A DNA stretch of 64,000 nt from Candidatus Poribacteria bacterium (GTDB lineage Bacteria; Poribacteria; WGA-4E; WGA-3G): the NCBI GenBank assembly GCA_965198235.1, contig OZ240248.1, positions 4,192,001-4,256,000 on the forward strand, written 5' to 3'. The position numbers and the translations under genes are program-made. Under the pieces are notes generated by a model, which saw nothing but the letters and a program-made list of their open reading frames with translations, did no database searches and had not been told where the DNA came from. This document shows positions 59,744 through 64,000 of this stretch, one piece after another. The first letter of the stretch is position 1, and the number at the start of each line of letters is the position of its first letter.

Positions 59744-61081
59744 TTAACGTATTGAGGAAACATTAAAGTCAGGATAAGCACTCGCGCCGTGTTCTTCGTA
59801 GTCAAGTCCAGCTTGTTCTTCATCTTCACTGACCCGTAGACCCGTAACAGTCTTAATTCCATAGAACAAAATAAAGCCAGTAGCGAGACACCATGCGAGG
59901 ACAGCGACGACACCGACGATTTGTGCCCAGAGAAGTCCGAATCCTCCACCGAAGAAAACGCCACTTGAGCTATCGAAAAATCCGAGAAGGATCGTGCCTA
60001 ACGCACCGCAAGTCCCGTGAACAGAGATAGCACCGACAGGATCATCAATGCGAAGTTTCTCAAACAACAGAACACTCAGGACGACAACAATACCACCGAG
60101 TGCGCCAATAATCGCAGCGGATACTGGACTCACAGACGCACAGCCTGCAGTGATGGAGACTAATCCGGCGAGTGCCCCGTTGAGTGCCATACCAGCATCA
60201 GGTTTGCCGAGGATGATCCATGCCATAATCATCGCTGCAATAGCACCTGCTGCGGCTGCGAGGTTCGTCGTTACGGCAATACCAGAAATCTCTGCTGCGT
60301 CCGCGCCCATTTGGCTACCCGGGTTAAATCCGAACCAACCGAGCCACAAAATAAAGACACCGAGTGCGGCAAGCGGGAGATTGTGCCCAGCAATCGGTCT
60401 CGGTTTTCCATCGCTATCGTATTTACCAAGGCGAGGCCCTAAAACGACAGCACCCGTCAGTGCAAGCCAGCCACCCGTCGAGTGGACCACGGTCGAACCA
60501 GCAAAATCCGACATGCCCATGCTTGACAACCAACCGCCACCCCAAATCCAGTGTCCAACAACCGGATAGATAATACCGGTGATGAAGATGCTGTAAATAA
60601 GGTAACTTTTGAATTGCGTACGCTCCGCCATTGCACCAGAAACGATAGTCGCGGCGGTAGCGGCAAATACGAGCTGGAAGATCCACGCAGCGTGCGTCGG
60701 CACGGAGGTCCACTCTAATGAAGCAAACGCTGTGGAATCAGTCGGAACGAACCACCCACTCCATCCCATGAATGCGCTACCCGTCCCAAACATAATGGCA
60801 AAACCGATTGCCCAATAAGCGATCGAACCCATCGAGAAGTCCATCAGGTTCTTCATGAGAATGTTGACAGCGTTCTTGGCACGCGTAAATCCAGACTCCA
60901 CCATAGCGAACCCTGCCTGCATAAAGAAAACCAGAAATGCAGCAACAAGCACCCACAGCGTGTCTGCCATATACTTTGCATCTGAAACCTTTTCACCCTC
61001 AATGGATCCGTTTAAGGCGAAAACGTTCAGACTCAGCAAACATGTGAGTATCAAAACTGTTATGATAACCTTACTTTTCAT
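59744..61081 (-). CDS. amt: Ammonium transporter (second clade)
   Basis: FMQAGFAMVESG, DFAGSTVVH, WFGFNPGS and DDPVGAISVHG. Confidence 0.95.
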   Translation of the reverse strand: MKSKVIITVLILTCLLSLNVFALNGSIEGEKVSDAKYMADTLWVLVAAFLVFFMQAGFAMVESGFTRAKNAVNILMKNLMDFSMGSIAYWAIGFAIMFGTGSAFMGWSGWFVPTDSTAFASLEWTSVPTHAAWIFQLVFAATAATIVSGAMAERTQFKSYLIYSIFITGIIYPVVGHWIWGGGWLSSMGMSDFAGSTVVHSTGGWLALTGAVVLGPRLGKYDSDGKPRPIAGHNLPLAALGVFILWLGWFGFNPGSQMGADAAEISGIAVTTNLAAAAGAIAAMIMAWIILGKPDAGMALNGALAGLVSITAGCASVSPVSAAIIGALGGIVVVLSVLLFEKLRIDDPVGAISVHGTCGALGTILLGFFDSSSGVFFGGGFGLLWAQIVGVVAVLAWCLATGFILFYGIKTVTGLRVSEDEEQAGLDYEEHGASAYPDFNVSSIR

Positions 61082-61270
61082 TCGAGATATCTCCTTTGTA
61101 TCAATCCTTCCTTAAAACTGGTGTGTTGAGAACGGCGGAGGCGGATATTTAAATTTTCATGAGATCCGCCTTTCATATACGCCTTGAGGGTGTTCATCAC
61201 GAATACGAAACATTCGGGATGTCCCTGTCTCGCGACGACAACGACTCGTCTTCACAGACCCACTTTTTGC

Positions 61271-61990
61271 TTACCAAGAACGAACGAAAGTCATTCTACC
61301 GGTAATCCCTGTTTCATCATCACCTTTTTGGGTTTCAAATCCAACAAAAACGCCGAGCGTGTTATTTTCGCCATAGCCGACATTGGCACGGAGACCAGGG
61401 GCTAAACTACTGAGTCCGCCTTCGGTTAAATCAAGCGTTACTTCTACTTGTGGACCAACAGAGAGTGTGTCATTGAGCGACAGAAGCACAAAATTGCGGA
61501 GGTAGAACGAATCCCCTGCTTCTTCATCGAACATAGAATTGAAGAAGCCTTGTATCCACGACTCAAAGTAGATGGAACCAGCGGTGAGATAGGTAAACAA
61601 TTGCGGGGCAATCAAGGAAGAAGGACCGTTCGGGGCGGCGTAGTCAAACCCAATACCTACCATGGGGAGGAAACTGAGGGACAGTGAATCACTATCAACG
61701 ACCGGAATGCCAATTCCGAGGTCTAATTCACCAAAAGTATCAACAACGTAAATATCAGTATCCAGAGAGAGACCGCCGAGGAAACTTGGAGAATGGCTGG
61801 CACCAACCCAGATCTGTGTTCCTAAACTATCTGTATCGGTCCGGAACCATCCGGAAACACCTGATGATTCTTCTTCTGCCATCTCTTCACCCGCTTCATG
61901 CGCGTCTGCATAAACCATGGGGATACTACCAACTGCAAAAATACAAACCATTACTAACAAACGAACCAACCAAAACGTATGCGTTTTCAT
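61271..61990 (-). CDS. Putative outer-membrane beta-barrel (porin-like) protein
   Basis: Signal peptide, acidic linker, amphipathic beta strands and terminal Trp. GAGG RBS. Confidence 0.65.
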   Translation of the reverse strand: MKTHTFWLVRLLVMVCIFAVGSIPMVYADAHEAGEEMAEEESSGVSGWFRTDTDSLGTQIWVGASHSPSFLGGLSLDTDIYVVDTFGELDLGIGIPVVDSDSLSLSFLPMVGIGFDYAAPNGPSSLIAPQLFTYLTAGSIYFESWIQGFFNSMFDEEAGDSFYLRNFVLLSLNDTLSVGPQVEVTLDLTEGGLSSLAPGLRANVGYGENNTLGVFVGFETQKGDDETGITGRMTFVRSW

Positions 61991-62213
61991 TTTTTACCTC
62001 TTGGAGTTTTACTCCGATTTTTCCGTTTTGACCAACAACTCGTGCCTTTTTCTACGGTGCGTTAGTGCCAGTCTGCGGCTTTCATGGAGAACGAGCCCGC
62101 TTGACTTCAGCATAAATTTGTGATATAGTGATTTTGCCTGTCTTTTTCGACCCTTTTTCAACAAAAGGGGGCAGGCTTTCACCAGTGCTTACTGTGCACC
62201 TGTTTCCATTTTA

Positions 62214-62230
62214 AGCAAAAAGTGTGCCAA
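62214..62230 (-). promoter_or_regulatory. Sigma54 (-24/-12) promoter
   Basis: Minus strand TTGGCACACTTTTTGCT matches TGGCAC-N5-TTGC, upstream of the porin and amt genes. Confidence 0.8.
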
Positions 62231-62490
62231 TTGCCTTTTGGCGCAGCTTGCAAGCCAAAACTTGCTGTCGTAAAGTATAGAGAAATATTCCGTTTGCAAA
62301 CCCATATAAGAAAGCCCATACTGTCGCGCGCAAAGACTGGGATTCGTAAGTTATAGATAAACACAAGACCTCACCAACTGAATAGGAACATGGAACTATC
62401 CAAAACTTTCAGAAACGTCCAGATATAGTCGGAAACCAGATTAACCTTACAAGTCAATCTGCAAGAAAGCGCATAATTAAAAAACAAAAA

Positions 62491-63897
62491 ATGCTGAAAT
62501 TTTCAACAAAACATTGCCCAAAAAAGATGCAAATGGTGCTTTTGAGCGTTGTCGTGCTGTTCGGAGTAGCACTCCGATTTTGGAACTTGGGGCAATGGAG
62601 TTTCTGGATTGATGAGGTTTTCACCGTCCGAGACGCACAAAACCTCTCATTTGACAGTTGGCAAGTTATCCCAAATCCGATTCCCTATTTCACAGTGAAA
62701 CTATCAATCTTGCTGGGTGGCAGTAGCGAATGGGGGAGCCGATTAATTCCGTGCATAGTCGGAATCGCCTCCATTCCCGCGGTTTTTGGGTTAGGACGAA
62801 CGCTATTCAATTGGCGAATCGGGCTCCTCGGTGGTGCATTCGTCGCATGCTCAAGTTGGCACCTGTTTTGGGCACAAAATGCGCGTTACCCCGTTTTTAC
62901 CTTTTTCTTTGCTGTCCTGACGGCGTGGTTTTTCTATACATCTCTCGAACGCGACGCAACGCTTTTGATGATAGGTGCGCTCGTCTCCTGTTTCTGTTTA
63001 ATCCTTTCACATACCCTCTCCGTTGTGATGGTTCCAGGGTTAGCTGCGTATGCCGTGATCTGTCTATTAGAAAAATCCGATAGAAAGCGGTGGTTGAATC
63101 TACTCATCTTCTTTATCCCGTTCGCGATGCCGGTGCTGGCACTCGCGCTTCCACAAGTTCGAGGCTATCTCTTCTTTGGGTGGGGACGCAACGAATGGCA
63201 GCGGAGTCCACTCTACATCGTGCTAACACTCGTCCAAGGCGTGAGTATTCCAGTCACCATTACCGCCTTTTTTGCTCCCGTCGCAACGCGATTCAATAGA
63301 GCCACGCTTTTTTTACTCTGTTATGCTGGTGTCCCGTTAATTCTTTTTCTGATTGCATCTCAACTCCAAAACGTCGCTGGTTATTACCTATTTTGGACAA
63401 CACCCGTCTACTTTATTCTGGCAGGAGTTACGTGTGAACGGATATGGAAAGCAATAGAGACGGAATCAGGAAGTGTCTTCGGTGTACTTGTGCCGTGTGT
63501 ACTTCTGGTGACACTCCTGTCGCAAGACTATCTCTATTTTAAAATCGAAAACGGGGGGAGACCGAAATGGCGGGAGGCGTTTGAAGTCGTACAAGCAGAA
63601 AAAAAACCTACCGACAAAGTAGTACTTTCCGAACCTGAGATGGGTAGGTATTACCTTCGGGAATTGACACCCATCTACATCGGCAGGTTATTAGACAATT
63701 CAGAAGCGTTTGAAAGAGAATGGGAAACTTCGGGAAGAGAACGGTTATGGTTTCTTGTGGATGTCGCGAGCTTTAATGTCTTTGATGCGGACGAGGCAGT
63801 TCGCAACTGGATCCGCCAACGGGGACGCATGGTAAAAACATTGCCTGCCTTTTCACGCGCAAAAGACAGGACAATTCACGTTTATCTACTGGAATAG
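62491..63897 (+). CDS. GT-C glycosyltransferase (family 39/PMT-like) membrane protein
   Basis: LRFWNLG..SFWIDE, SEW..RL and QNARY motifs, many TM helices, C-terminal periplasmic domain. Start may be 62527 or 62533. Confidence 0.85.
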   Translation: MLKFSTKHCPKKMQMVLLSVVVLFGVALRFWNLGQWSFWIDEVFTVRDAQNLSFDSWQVIPNPIPYFTVKLSILLGGSSEWGSRLIPCIVGIASIPAVFGLGRTLFNWRIGLLGGAFVACSSWHLFWAQNARYPVFTFFFAVLTAWFFYTSLERDATLLMIGALVSCFCLILSHTLSVVMVPGLAAYAVICLLEKSDRKRWLNLLIFFIPFAMPVLALALPQVRGYLFFGWGRNEWQRSPLYIVLTLVQGVSIPVTITAFFAPVATRFNRATLFLLCYAGVPLILFLIASQLQNVAGYYLFWTTPVYFILAGVTCERIWKAIETESGSVFGVLVPCVLLVTLLSQDYLYFKIENGGRPKWREAFEVVQAEKKPTDKVVLSEPEMGRYYLRELTPIYIGRLLDNSEAFEREWETSGRERLWFLVDVASFNVFDADEAVRNWIRQRGRMVKTLPAFSRAKDRTIHVYLLE

Positions 63898-64000
63898 AAT
63901 ACAGCGATCATACAAATACCCCCTGTGAAAAAGCACCAAATGCCGACCTCCGCCCGCTATATCCCAAAGGTATTGGTATACTTGAGTAGCACTGTGCGCC

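Overview
64 kb of bacterial chromosome (about 50% GC) with about 42 intact protein genes. No rRNA, tRNA, CRISPR array or transposase was seen. Gene content suggests Candidatus Poribacteria; this is an inference from the LamG and secreted proteins ending in a 'KLAxTW..K' tail, several Gfo/Idh/MocA, PhyH and SDR enzymes, NHL-repeat proteins and a membrane-anchored ECF sigma fusion. Housekeeping genes are nusB, purD, lptF/lptG, a polyprenyl synthase, lacD, nagB and ggt. Points of interest: (1) an 18-kb co-oriented envelope cluster (10.3-28.6 kb) with a SpoIVB/S55 peptidase lipoprotein, a paralogous unknown protein family, a TonB receptor, an ABC permease, a coiled-coil protein, an ECF sigma fused through a TM helix to an Asp-box propeller, and two ABC exporters; a 45-bp promoter-like motif precedes both the permease and the sigma gene. 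(2) Nested small mobile repeats: several MITE families, three elements with 7-9 bp target-site duplications in two of those families plus a third, which enclose GTAG-type REP palindromes, and a 26-bp micro-cassette found inside REP loops. (3) A fusion of a RelA zinc-finger (RIS) domain with a DUF2250-like domain. (4) A sigma54-driven porin-amt-amt cluster with no glnK. All family assignments come from motif recognition by eye, not database searches.
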